NCBI GenBank assembly: GCA_964019335.1 | Contig: OZ025655.1 | Coordinates: 124,001-188,000 of the forward strand | Origin: Diplonema japonicum | Lineage: Eukaryota; Protista; Euglenozoa: Diplonemea | Direction: 5' to 3' | Length of the DNA: 64,000 nucleotides | Shown here: positions 10,792 to 21,482 of the stretch, in pieces | Numbering within the stretch: position 1 is the first letter of the stretch | How the letters are laid out: each line of letters starts with the position of its first letter | Notes under the pieces: generated by a model | Database searches by the model: none | What the model was told of the DNA's origin: nothing | What the model saw: the letters and a program-made list of their open reading frames with translations, nothing else | Program-made: the position numbers and the translations under genes

Positions 10792-13700
10792 TTAAGAGAC
10801 CGTACGTATTCGGGAACTGAAGAAAGAAAATAACGAATCAAGACTGGTACGCGGCGTGTCCAGCGAGTACTGCTGGTACTGTGGGTAGCGTGATTGGTTT
10901 AGCTTGATGAGTTGGAAGGCTGCTAGTCTGCAGAAGGTGTTCAGGATGACGATGGAGCCGCCTTTGGTAAGGGACTGAGTGCACATGCTGTCGATGTCAT
11001 CAGTGGTGAGGACTGCGGCCGACATGAACTCTTGGTTGGCGACCTTGGCAACGACAGACGTTATCTGAGCGATGTCGAGCTGGTGGCGGGGAACGTGGTG
11101 GGAGCGGAGCTTGCAGTCTGCTTTGAGGATCCTTACAAGTGCTTCAGACAGCTCGTCGATGCGATAAGCATCCTTGCCATCCTGCTCCAACATGGGCTGC
11201 AGGGCGAGTGTGTAGTAGCGCAGAATCTCGTCACATAACGTCTCCAACGCGAGGAGTGTGTCATCATCGTCAGGGTCGTGGTCCTTCAGACGTGCCACCT
11301 GTGTGCAGCGGTGAGGAACAGTGTTGTGCAAACTGCATACCATCTGTTGGTGAGAAGGCAACAGCCCCCCTATCACGTCTTCTATTGCAGCACAAGCTAG
11401 ATCCGGGTCCACCTGCTGTTGCGTGACAACACGCGCTAACTGCAACACAGCAAGCACAAATTCTATATGCCCTTTCATTTCCGAAGTAGGTGGGTCCCCA
11501 ACTAGCCTGATCTCCAACGCTGCCCACGCGTGCCCCACTGCCTTCGCCTCAGAGTATGCATCATGTGCCCCATCGATACCTTCAATCTGCATGTCAACTG
11601 AGTCTAAGAACTGTACCAACTTCCTTGCCCTGCACCATGCGTCCACCCCTACTGCCCGTATCACGTATTTATAGATTTTAACATCCTTAACACTATCGGA
11701 GTACTGCGATGAGGTGAGGGATGTGGCTACTGATTTTACATACCTTTTGCGTTGCCGCATTCAGATCCCGAGTCGTCTCTTCGATGTACTGACGGAACTG
11801 CGTTAAGTATTCTCAGAACAAGTACTGCATACCTCTCCTATCTTATGTCTCACAGAGTTAAGTACAGCCTGCGGATCGCCGTATTCTTTCCGCAGTTTCT
11901 CAAGGGTCGTAAGCAACGAATCTTCGGCGGCATCCAATTGTTCCCACCCTTTGGAGAGCGACTCCGTCCCGTGGGGGGAAGAGACGCCAAGACCTTCTTG
12001 GACCTCTTCCCACATCTGAACGTATTCCATCCTCTCGCCTACGTGGTAGGACTCCAGCTCGTCGAAAGCGGCATCGATTGCCTTGATACCCTTTTCAAGT
12101 GCTTCACGCTTGGCTTGTGCTGCGCGCGCAACGAGCTGCTTTGGCTTCCACTGTAGCCACTGCTGTAAGCGGTTACGCATCTCAAACAGCCTCCCCCATT
12201 GTGCATCCTCATCGCTGCAGGGAGGGATGGCCGTGTGCATCAGTGGCGATGGTGACTGCCTGATATCTGTCGTCTCTGGGACGTACTCGGGCGGTTCTCG
12301 GTCTGTTGAGTGCGAAGCATGCCTTCTCCTGGGTGGTGTCAATGGCGCGCTTCCTTGCGAGAGAGTAAGGTTCGCAGCTAGTGGGGGAACGTGCTTTTCT
12401 CGACTAGTGCTCCGTTGCGGCAAAGAAGCTTCTCGCTGCGCGCTGCTCTCACCATTCACCAGCCTGTGGCTCAACAACCCTGTGATTGCCTGGTTTACCA
12501 CATGCATTTCGGGTGACGCTACAGTAGCTCCTTCCTTGTGACAGATCTCTGTGTGCAACCCTTTCAGCCCTCTAAGCATTTCCTCGACCTTTGCGTGAGG
12601 TGAAGATTCGTGCTGCGCCCAATCAGAGGTACCCGCTAGAGCATAGAGGCTTGCAAGGGTATCCCCGCATCTGGTGAGTAATGCATCAAGTTCTTTGCTG
12701 TCAGTATACGAGAGTGCTCTCCTTGGTTGTTCTTCAACCTTAGGCTTTGGGCTGGGCTGGGGCTGGGGCTGGGGTTGGTCTGGCTTTGAGGTTGGCGACG
12801 GTGGCTCTTGTGCACTTGACCCATTCACATCATTGCCTTCCTGCTTTGCCTCTTGGTTATTCAAACTTTGGTTCAGGTCCTTGAACGATTCTTGCAGGTA
12901 CTTTATGTCACCAATAGAGATTGCCACTTCGTCGAGCGTGGTCATAGCGGGCCTCAGGCCCCGCAGGAGGGAATCGTCGATGCAGTTCTCGATCATCTCC
13001 TTCATTGACGAGGTGAGGTCGGCTTGCGAGTTTTGTTTTGTGAGCTCAAGGATCTGTCCATCTTTTTCGGCAAGCTGTGCTGCAGCCTTCACCTTGCACG
13101 AGTGCAGCTCGTCCTTGATGCTGGACACGTAGGCCATTAGAATGGCAGAAAGCTCGTCTTCTGCAGCTGTGGACCCCGTGACGGTTCGAACAGCAGTGAC
13201 GAGCTCTGCAGATGTGGGAGATGCTGTCACCTGCACCGGTGATGTCGTGCGAGCGGGACGAAAAGCAGGCGCTGAGATGACCGTCACTGGTGACACCACC
13301 GGAGATACTGGCGTTGCCGGGCCTGCCGAAACCTGTGATGATGGCGGCTGCTGCGACTGCCCCGCTTGTATGATGGGGTTCACAGGCTTGCTGTGCACCT
13401 TCTTTTCTTTCGGTACGCTTTTCACTTTTTCTATGTTCTCGGGCACAGGAACGCTCAGGCTGGGCACGACAGGAGACGCAAGCACCTCTTTGTCGCTGCT
13501 ATCCAGCTTCTTTGCGTCATGTCTTGCGACATTCGTATTGCTGCCCCTTCGCTTCAACCTATTATCGGAAGGCTGCCGCTTCACACTCGGCACGCCGAGT
13601 TCTCCACCCTGCTTGAACTTGCACAAAAAACTAAGCTGCCGTTTGATTGCAGCAATGACATCTGCAACCGTATTGACGGGGTTCCCATTCACGTGCGACA

Positions 13701-14871
13701 GCTGCCATCCTAAGAATCGCGTAGCACCACAGCGCTGGTAATGTTATCTTAATTTCGTTTTCGCTCATACCTCCGCCGCAGAACCTGGTTCCACCCTTTC
13801 GAGCGCCAGGTGTTTGTCGCTTCTGAAAATAACCCCCACACTCTCGTGCTTAGCCTTTTCGATTACTAGCTCGGTTGTTGGGTCTAGCTTCGCCTCCTCG
13901 AGGAGGAGGATGTGAATGCCATGTCCAGAGGATATGGCTAGGCGGTCGAGGGAGATAGACACGACTCGTGAACAGGACTTCTCTGGGGAAGAAAACACGG
14001 TGAGGGGAGGGATCTCAGAGTCGGTGTTTGTCATCTTCCTACTGTAGACGGCAATACTGGAGCCGTTGTCGGTGAGGGTCACAATGTATTTGGAGAGAAG
14101 GGTGATGGAGGTGCCACCACGAACGCTGCACCAGACGCAGTTGCGGGTGTCGGCGGACCAGGCACGGACGTTGGCCTTGTCACAGGACCAGACAACGTTT
14201 TGGTCTGTGTCGACAGCAAGTGCAGTGGCAGGTTCGGAGCATTTGAGGGATGTAGGCCTCCTGCCGGAGCCAACACCGGCTGCAGCGGTTCCGTTCTTGT
14301 CCCATACCCGGATGGTCTTGTCGTAGCCGCATGACCACATGATACCGCCGCCACTGGCAAAGGGCACATGTACCTGCATTGAATACCTTTTTTTAATAAG
14401 AGCACATACCACGTCATAGACATCGCCCCTGTGACCGGACGCCTTCGCAACTGCCCTGTTCCCTTCCCATATCTTTAGAAACCCATCTGTGGAGCAACTC
14501 CACAACAGAGTCTTACTCGTCTTCTCCAGCATGTGAAGCCCAGTCACCTTTGACGCATGTGCCGACCACGAGCTGTCCCCGCTTCCCCCGCTCGACAGCG
14601 GTGTTATCCTCCCCGAGAGGCACCCCACAAATCCCTTGTCCGAATTCTTCGCGATGCAAATACACGTCACAATGTCCTGCGTAACTGGAGTCCTCATCTG
14701 GTACGAACCAAAAGGAACGATCCTCTCCTTCTCCACCTTGTGTGAGTTAACGCTGACGCCTTTTCCTTCGCAGAGCAGCTTGATACCTTTCTCATCGCTG
14801 CAAAGTACCTTTTGCCCTCCTGTCGGGAGTGTGAACTGCTTGACACCCCGTACTACTTTCTGGGTCGACAT
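10792..14871 (-). CDS. Large WD40 + PDZ-like + coiled-coil protein; multi-exon
   Basis: WD40 blades (WSCSTDGFLKIWE, WSCGYDKTIRVWD). A PDZ-like segment spans intron 13735-13770 (VEPGSAAE|RCGATRFLGWQLSHVNGNPV). Further introns at 11798-11832 and 11704-11743, plus a probable in-frame 36-nt intron at 14374-14409. Confidence 0.7.
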
Positions 14872-14941
14872 ATTTAACCCCCCCCCCCCCAACCCACTCA
14901 CTGAAGGATCATAGCTTGCTTATTATTGCTGGAAATGTAGT

Positions 14942-15532
14942 CTACACGATCTTCATCATTTCGTCGCGGACACGGCGCCTGTCAGGGTGGACACGAGCTG
15001 TTATGGAGGACCCGTCGACGCCAGTCAGGCACCAGAGGACGCTACGGAGGACGTCTCGGGCAACACGCAAGATGGACTCCGAGGGCTGGGGATGTGGGTA
15101 AGATGCTGGGACGGGAAGAGGGGTATAGTCGATCCCGTACCAATACAAGATCACCTTAGCACACGCCTTGGCACGAAGCATGTGGTACTCACTTGAGACA
15201 ATGTACACAGAACGTATGTTGTGGGCACGTAGAATAGGGATCATGGTAGTTAGGTTAGTGACAGTATCTAGAGCCTCCCATGACACGGTTGTCCTGCCGC
15301 TTACTGCAGACACCCTCTCCGTTACATCCTGTTGCGGGCTGCTGATAAATAACAACAGTTCTTTCCTCTGCTTTACAAAATCTACTGCAAATACGTCCCT
15401 CTCTATGTCCCCACCAAAGACAAGCACTGCACTCGGCTGCATTACTGGCGATGGGAAAAGCTGCCTGTACGCTACCAGTATGCCCACCTGCACAAGAGCT
15501 ACAGCATACAGCCTCCACACCAACCTTCCCAT
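14942..15532 (-). CDS. DUF218 / YdcF-family protein with N-terminal membrane anchor
   Basis: 196 aa, intronless; motifs VLVFGG, ALDTVTN, IVSSEYHMLRA and ESILRVARD are typical of DUF218. Confidence 0.8.
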   Translation of the reverse strand: MGRLVWRLYAVALVQVGILVAYRQLFPSPVMQPSAVLVFGGDIERDVFAVDFVKQRKELLLFISSPQQDVTERVSAVSGRTTVSWEALDTVTNLTTMIPILRAHNIRSVYIVSSEYHMLRAKACAKVILYWYGIDYTPLPVPASYPHPQPSESILRVARDVLRSVLWCLTGVDGSSITARVHPDRRRVRDEMMKIV

Positions 15533-15857
15533 TCACATCTTTTATAAGAAGGTTCTTTTTTTCTTTGTTGCAAACTTGAAAAGAAAAGAAAAGAAGAGAA
15601 AGAATGAAACAAGAGATGAGGTATAAAAAAATTGAGGGTTCCGTGTTTTATTTGTTCCCCTTTTTTTCTTTTGGAACGTCCCCTCCCCCTTTTGTCTTCA
15701 CAACAATGAGGAATGAACTTGGAGGCTAACAAATCTAAAATCTCCTAGAAATTAAAAAAAAAGCCTCTTCAAGATTCGGACCAACGAAAATAAGGGGGGG
15801 GGACAGGGTGCAGTGTAAACAACACCATTTCTTCCTTTTTCGTTTGAAGAGCCGTTC

Positions 15858-16912
15858 CTACGAGCCAGCGACAGCGACGTTAGAGGGCAAAGAATGGAGG
15901 GAAGGCCTTCTACTTGACTCCAATATGTGGTTGTATTTCATGGTGAAGGACCTAGCAGTGGCCTGTGCCTTGGTCCGGCGCTCTTCCCTGGCGGAGAGCT
16001 TGCGCTGCCGAGTTTCATTGTCAAGTTCGATTCTCCTGTAGATGTCCTTCACCATGTTGATGACGGTAGACTTCTTGCGAGCTGCAGCACGGTCTGCGTC
16101 AGTTTTTGTCAGCAACCATTCATTGTGAGTTGCAAGTTCTGCTTCTTCGTCACCAACAAGCAGCATCCGTGAGATGCTTTCTTCGTTATAGAGCCGGGAC
16201 TGTTCCCTGCTGAAGGACTCAACCCTGCTCATGGACTCCTTGCATTCCCTCTCATGTTCTCGTAGCTGTGCCTTGCGATTCTCTTCTCTTGCAACCATCC
16301 ACCGGACTTGCTTCTTCTGCTTAATGGCTTCTTTGTTGAAAGCGTCCTTCTGACGCTGCAGCAGGCAGGATGTCCGTTGCTTCTCGTACGCAGTGCAGCG
16401 TTCCATGTCAGACGCGGTGCTAGAAATGCGCCGCTGCTCAGCTTCTTCAATCGCTGCAATGCGTTTCTGCGTGTTGTTGCCATCAAAACACAACATACCA
16501 TGTTAAGCTTGTCTTGTGCTTGGCTCCGTTCGAGGCGTTCCTTCTCGTGCTGTTCCGTCCTCCTCTGCTTAACACGAACTGGGTCGCAGCACAAGCAAAC
16601 CATGTATGGGAAGACAATCTGATGACGGAGAGGAGCGTCTTTTGAGAACGGCGCGCCTTCCGGGTCAATATTCCCCAGCCCGTCTGTGCCGCGTAAGGTC
16701 AAGTCCACCGTTGGCCATTCTGATGTCTCTGGCCTTCGCGCGATAATCCTTTCGATTACGGTTGTAACAGAATCAGTCTCATAGACCTGTATCATTAGCA
16801 TTTCCTTTGGACACCCCTTGATCCGAACATGAGCCTGAACCAGCACACATCCTTGCACCGCTGACCTCAACCGTCTTGCTCTCTTCTCCGCAACCTCCAT
16901 CGAGCTGTTCAT
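15858..16912 (-). CDS. Hypothetical protein, possible ubiquitin-like N-domain plus coiled coil; 2 exons
   Basis: A 32-nt intron at 16467-16498 (GTATG...CGCAG) joins 16229-16912 to 15858-16496 in frame (KLNM|KRIAAIEE). Confidence 0.6.
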
Positions 16913-17031
16913 GTGCTTCTCCTATTTAGTTAGTAACATGTGCTAAAAAAAATATACAAAAAATAAAAACAGACAAGCCAGTACAAATTCCAAAGGAAAA
17001 AAGGGGAAGGCTCATCCCATGCTGTGCTTAT

Positions 17032-17096
17032 CTGTTCCGCCTCCTGCCTTGAGTCGGATGGATCTCCGATTTGAGTGGCGGGAGGCATCACAACAG
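17032..17096 (-). promoter_or_regulatory. SECIS element (type II, GUGA variant) of the selenoprotein at 17500-18015
   Basis: Minus strand: CUGUU GUGAU GCCUCCCGCC ACUC AAA UCGGA GAUCCA UCCGA CUCAA GGCAGGAGGC GGAA CAG. It shows a UGAN/NGAN core, a 10-bp helix II with one mismatch, an unpaired AAA and an apical mini-stem. Identical to 18167-18231. Confidence 0.8.
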
Positions 17097-17499
17097 AGGG
17101 ACTCTTCTCACAGGGAGCTTTCTCCACCTTTCTTTTCAAGGAAGAATCTGCTTTTAAAGTAAAATAAAGAAACGGTTGAAACAAAAATACGAGTTTATAA
17201 AGAGGTCTTTTTGACGCCCTTTTGCTGACTCGTCTTTTCAAGGTTCTTTGACCTTTGCTTTCTTCTTTGTAAGAAAGCAAGGAGAGGAAAAATTCGACAA
17301 AAAAGAGAAAATTCTAGTGTGCAGTATGCTCACTAAAAGACAACGAAGAAAAAACAGAAAACAGTATTTTTCGAAAGAGCAAGAAAAGGTTTCCTTTTTT
17401 CCTTCTACGGTGAAAAAAGAGTATTAGAGGGTCCGGCTCCCCATCGACACGAGAAGGTAGATGGCTCGTTCGTTGGGGCTTTACATATCATATGGTTAC

Positions 17500-18015
17500 T
17501 TATTTCGCCTTAACTTTGTCCTTGATGGTCTCCCACAAGGCCGGGACATCAGGGCGGCCGATGGCTCCATTGTAGTTGTCAGGGCTTGGCACCACAGACC
17601 AAGAGTAAAGGGTCTCCTTGGCGGAGGGTCTGACAAAGAGAACACCTGGCTGCACACAGCCAGTGGGGTACCATTCAGGGTTGCCAAGACGCTTGGGATC
17701 CTTCTTCCCAGTATCGTGAATGATAGCCAGCTTGGGGAGGTACCCTTCCTTGATCATCCAGTGAGCATACTCGTTCTGCTGGTCGCCGATTATCGGCATC
17801 TGGCACTCCCACTCTGATCTTGCCTCGTCCGCCTCCGCCTGCGTCTCGGAACAGATTGCTACAACATTCACCCCATTCTCCTGCATCGAGGGGTATACGG
17901 CATTCAGCTGTTGGCAGAATGCCTTGCACGGGGGTCACCACCTCCCCCTGTAGAACACAACACACAGCACCCCGCTGGTGCCAGCTGCCTTCTCCATCCA
18001 GTTCGATTCAGGCAT
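17500..18015 (-). CDS. AhpC/TSA peroxiredoxin-like selenoprotein, UxxC motif, 171 aa (copy 1)
   Basis: ATG 18015, MPESNWMEKAAGTSGVLCVVFYRGRW-TGA(17935-17937)-PPCKAFCQQLNAVYPSMQENGVNVVAICSE..., in frame with track ORF 17500-17886. The TGA replaces the first Cys of the family's FYRGxWCPxC motif. A SECIS-like element lies about 400 nt after the stop. Confidence 0.85.
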
Positions 18016-18166
18016 TATTCTCTTCTTTTTTCTTTTTTTTTTGTTTGCTCGTGTATCCTTTACTTGCTGCACACATCACATTGCAATACAAAAAAAAAAA
18101 AAAAGAGGAGAGAACAGCACATTTCCAAAAACAAAACAAAAAGGGTTACTCCCATGCTGCCCTTAT

Positions 18167-18231
18167 CTGTTCCGCCTCCTGCCTTGAGTCGGATGGATCT
18201 CCGATTTGAGTGGCGGGAGGCATCACAACAG
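18167..18231 (-). promoter_or_regulatory. SECIS element (type II, GUGA variant) of the selenoprotein at 18586-19101
   Basis: Same 65-nt sequence as 17032-17096, embedded in largely unalignable 3' flanking DNA about 355 nt after the stop codon. Confidence 0.8.
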
Positions 18232-18585
18232 GGGGCTCTTTTTTCGCACAATTGAGCTTCTCCCTTTCTCTTCAAGGAATGCATGAATACAGCAGTTCTC
18301 TTTTATCTTCTTTCTTTTCCGTGCTCTTTCTTTTCCCCGAAGCGGGAGAAAAGCCAAAGAAACTGGTTTGTTTTTTGAAGCAGGACGTGGACAGGGTGAG
18401 AGGCACATTGACTCTGTTTTTTATTTTTCTTCTTTCTTGTTGGTTATGGAACGTAATGTTGCGAACAACTAATGGGGTCAAACCGCGCGCCCCTTCATGT
18501 CGACTCGAGGAGGTAGAGGGCCGTGGGTCGGGGGTGAAGGGGGTTGTTCTTCCTTTTCTTTTTCTTTGTTTGCTTTTCTTGTAGA

Positions 18586-19101
18586 TTAGAGCTTAGCTTT
18601 GTTCTTGATGGACTCCCACAACGACGGGACATCAGGGCGGCCGATGGCCCCGTTGAAATTCTTAGGACTCGGCACTACAGACCAAGAGTAAATTATCTCC
18701 TTGGTGGCGGGTCTGATAAAGAGAACACCTGGCTGCACACAGCCAGTGGGGTACCATTCAGGGTTGCCAAGACGCTGGTTAGGGACCTTCTTCCCAATAT
18801 CATGAATAATAGCCAGCTTGGGGAGGTACCCTTCCTTGATCATCCAGTGAGCATACTCGTTCTGCTGGTCGCCAATCATCGGCATCTGGCACTCCCACTG
18901 CGATTTCGCTTTGTCCGCTTGCACCTGCGTCTCGGAACAGATTGCTACAACATTCACCCCATTCTCCTGCATCGAGGGGTATATGGCATTCAACTGTTTG
19001 AAGAATGCCTTGCACGGGGGTCACCACCTCCCCCTGTAGAACACAACACACAGCACCCCGCTGGTGCCAGCTGCCTTCTCCATCCAGTTCGATTCAGGCA
19101 T
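18586..19101 (-). CDS. AhpC/TSA peroxiredoxin-like selenoprotein, UxxC motif, 171 aa (copy 2)
   Basis: ATG 19101; TGA at 19021-19023 is codon 27 (FYRGRW-U-PPCKAFFKQLNAIYPSMQENG...), in frame with track ORF 18586-18993. Confidence 0.85.
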
Positions 19102-19225
19102 TTCTTTTTTTTCGCTGTTCTTCTTCTTCTCCTTAATTGAAAGCTTGTTTTAAATGAAAGTGGAAATCAACTTGAAAAGAAAGAGGCCCCCAGCAACAGT
19201 CTATCTGAATACAGGGGGAAAGAAC

Positions 19226-19495
19226 CTAAACTACTCCGCAGTAGTTCTCCGCTCTCTTCAACAGCCCCTCCATGTCCACCTTCTCCTTTGCGAACTGCTT
19301 GTACTCCGGCGAAGCGTTCTTACAACACCACTTGAACTGAATGGCCTCGTCGGTGCTTTTGGTGCTGCAGTGGTATGCGTAGCACCGAAGCTTCCGTTCC
19401 GCTTTCTCCATGCCCTCGCTGCCGCCGCCTGCCTTCAACACGTTGTACCAGTACAGGACCTCCGCCCCGCATGTTGGCTCCTCAGGTCTCTCCAT
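19226..19495 (-). CDS. Small hypothetical Cys-containing protein (89 aa)
   Basis: ATG directly after a CACAG acceptor-like site; MERPEEPTCGAEVLYWYNVLK...AENYCGVV*. No recognised family. Confidence 0.45.
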   Translation of the reverse strand: MERPEEPTCGAEVLYWYNVLKAGGGSEGMEKAERKLRCYAYHCSTKSTDEAIQFKWCCKNASPEYKQFAKEKVDMEGLLKRAENYCGVV

Positions 19496-19573
19496 CCTGT
19501 GAAGCGACTTCAACACATCCCAAAGAAAAAACACAGAAAGGAAAACGGAGACTACTGGAAAGTAGCTCTTTCA

Positions 19574-21436
19574 CTACTGACTCAAACGTGTCAGCCAGGC
19601 AGGCTCTTGCATGAGTTGCGGTGGGAGAATGTCAGGGGACTGCGGACGGTATATGTGCCGTCTGCGTGGGTAAGGGCGGCCGGGGGATGTCAGCGGCGGT
19701 GACGCCACCTTTTGCATCGGCCTGCTGATTGGCTTTGTTGCTAGATTGTAGTTCTCGTAAGACATAACACCCGGACAAGTCAGCAACAGGGACGGAGGCA
19801 GCTGGAGTGGGGGCGGCACCTCTTCGACCGGAAGGGTGAGAACCCTTTCCGCAAGGCCGCTGAGCCTGGAAGAGACACCTTCTGCAGATGGGGAGAACAC
19901 GGCTTCCATAAGTGACCGAAGAAATCTCTTCCTGAATATCACACCAGAGGAGCACGATGTGGGGTACAACTCGTCAACATACTTGGGTACAGGCAACGGC
20001 TTCCTAGGAGGCGATCCACGATGCTTGTTTTTCTTTTTGTTTCTTACTTTCTTTCTCAGAGGTGCCTTTGCGGACACAGGCGCGAGGCTGGGTTGCATCG
20101 GCACCATGAGCATATGAGCGCTCTGCGACTCACGCTCTACAGATGACTCGGAGATGTTATCAGCGAATGTTGGATGCAGATCACTCCTGCCATACAGCAG
20201 TTTGGACGGAGAGAGAATGCTCCGCAAGTGGGTGCTTGTCTGGCTGAAGTTATAGCTGAAATACCGCAACGGACTGAGACGTGCTTTCGCACGCTTAGGT
20301 GAACAAAATGGGCTAGTAAGGCTCTGCAGACGCGCTCGCATCATCTCGATTCCAATCTCTGGACTCTGTGCTGTGTCGCGCAGCCACGTATCCCCTGTGT
20401 CACTCATCTCATCGCTGTCTTCGTTCACCTCTTCACATTCCTCATCTTCACAAACATTGTCTTCAAACACACCAAACCCATAGGACTGAGACCTGGCAGT
20501 ACTGACCTTGGACCTTCGGGTGTCTTGAAGCAGCTTTTTGAACACAGTGGTGCCACGATGTGTCTGATTCAGTTGTACAGTGCTCAGCATCAGGGAAAAA
20601 TCGCCGAAGGTTACAGGCTGTGTGACGTTGCCCCTGTTCTCATTCAGGAAGGTGTCGATGAACTTATTGTCGAAGAAGCTCATCCCCCTAAGATCCTTGA
20701 TCTCCATGAGCAACTTGTGATACCATTCAGGGCCCAACGCAAACTGGCTGATGAACTCTTTGATAGCATTCTTCGCTTTGGCGGCGGCGAACCTTTCAGC
20801 AAAGTCAAGGACCCCAGGAAGGGCTGCCCCCGCAGAAATGAACATCAATGTCCTGTCGTGTACCTTATCTGAAGCATCGATGAGGACCATGAGCTCGTCG
20901 AAGGTGATGGTCTCCTTTTCCTTGACAAGTGTGTCGGGGAACATGGCAGCGTTGCTCGACCCGAAAGCTGTCACGCCTAAGCTGCTGAAGACACTCTGCA
21001 GTTGTGAAACGCTTATTTCCAAATCCATTCGCGATTCTCTTTCTCTCGCACCTATCTGGTGCACAGCATGAAACAGCGAAGTGCGTGCATTTAACTGAGT
21101 TTCATCCTTGTGCCTTGCCTTCATTATCTGTATCAGCAAAAGGAACTTGTTAAGCCCCATGTCCTCGTTGCTCGACACCTTAACATACCGCAGCATCTGG
21201 TTAATTTCGTTTGCACAGGGTAGTTGCAAATGGAGCTTCAGAAACCCATCTCGCACATTTGACACCAAGTCCCCGTCCTTCCTTAGCGTGTCGAACACTT
21301 CCCTGCACTTCTGTGCTTCTGAATCTGTCAAGTCCGCCTCCCTGAAAGTAGGCATGCTGAAAACCGAAGCCTTGTCCTTAGTACCTCGCCAAAAGCGAGT
21401 CACTCGTTTTGGTGACACCGCGGTGGCATCACACAT
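19574..21436 (-). CDS. Hypothetical protein with degenerate EF-hand-like segments and a disordered tail
   Basis: Long ORF with EF-hand-like segments (CREVFDTLRKDGD, ETITFDELMVLI, VTFGDFSLML). Start placed at MCDATAV because the upstream part overlaps the neighbouring CDS. Confidence 0.55.
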   Translation of the reverse strand: MCDATAVSPKRVTRFWRGTKDKASVFSMPTFREADLTDSEAQKCREVFDTLRKDGDLVSNVRDGFLKLHLQLPCANEINQMLRYVKVSSNEDMGLNKFLLLIQIMKARHKDETQLNARTSLFHAVHQIGARERESRMDLEISVSQLQSVFSSLGVTAFGSSNAAMFPDTLVKEKETITFDELMVLIDASDKVHDRTLMFISAGAALPGVLDFAERFAAAKAKNAIKEFISQFALGPEWYHKLLMEIKDLRGMSFFDNKFIDTFLNENRGNVTQPVTFGDFSLMLSTVQLNQTHRGTTVFKKLLQDTRRSKVSTARSQSYGFGVFEDNVCEDEECEEVNEDSDEMSDTGDTWLRDTAQSPEIGIEMMRARLQSLTSPFCSPKRAKARLSPLRYFSYNFSQTSTHLRSILSPSKLLYGRSDLHPTFADNISESSVERESQSAHMLMVPMQPSLAPVSAKAPLRKKVRNKKKNKHRGSPPRKPLPVPKYVDELYPTSCSSGVIFRKRFLRSLMEAVFSPSAEGVSSRLSGLAERVLTLPVEEVPPPLQLPPSLLLTCPGVMSYENYNLATKPISRPMQKVASPPLTSPGRPYPRRRHIYRPQSPDILPPQLMQEPAWLTRLSQ

Positions 21437-21482
21437 GTTTGAACCTGATTGGCCATGCGGAAGGGACACGTACTGAGCACGA

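Noticed and set aside
17500-19101. Reading the two AhpC-like genes as pseudogenes or as evidence of a UGA=Trp code
   Set aside because: The TGA sits at the catalytic Cys position in both copies, with otherwise intact frames and SECIS-like elements. Trp is TGG next to it, and TGA ends other ORFs here (4114, 19574, 28567).
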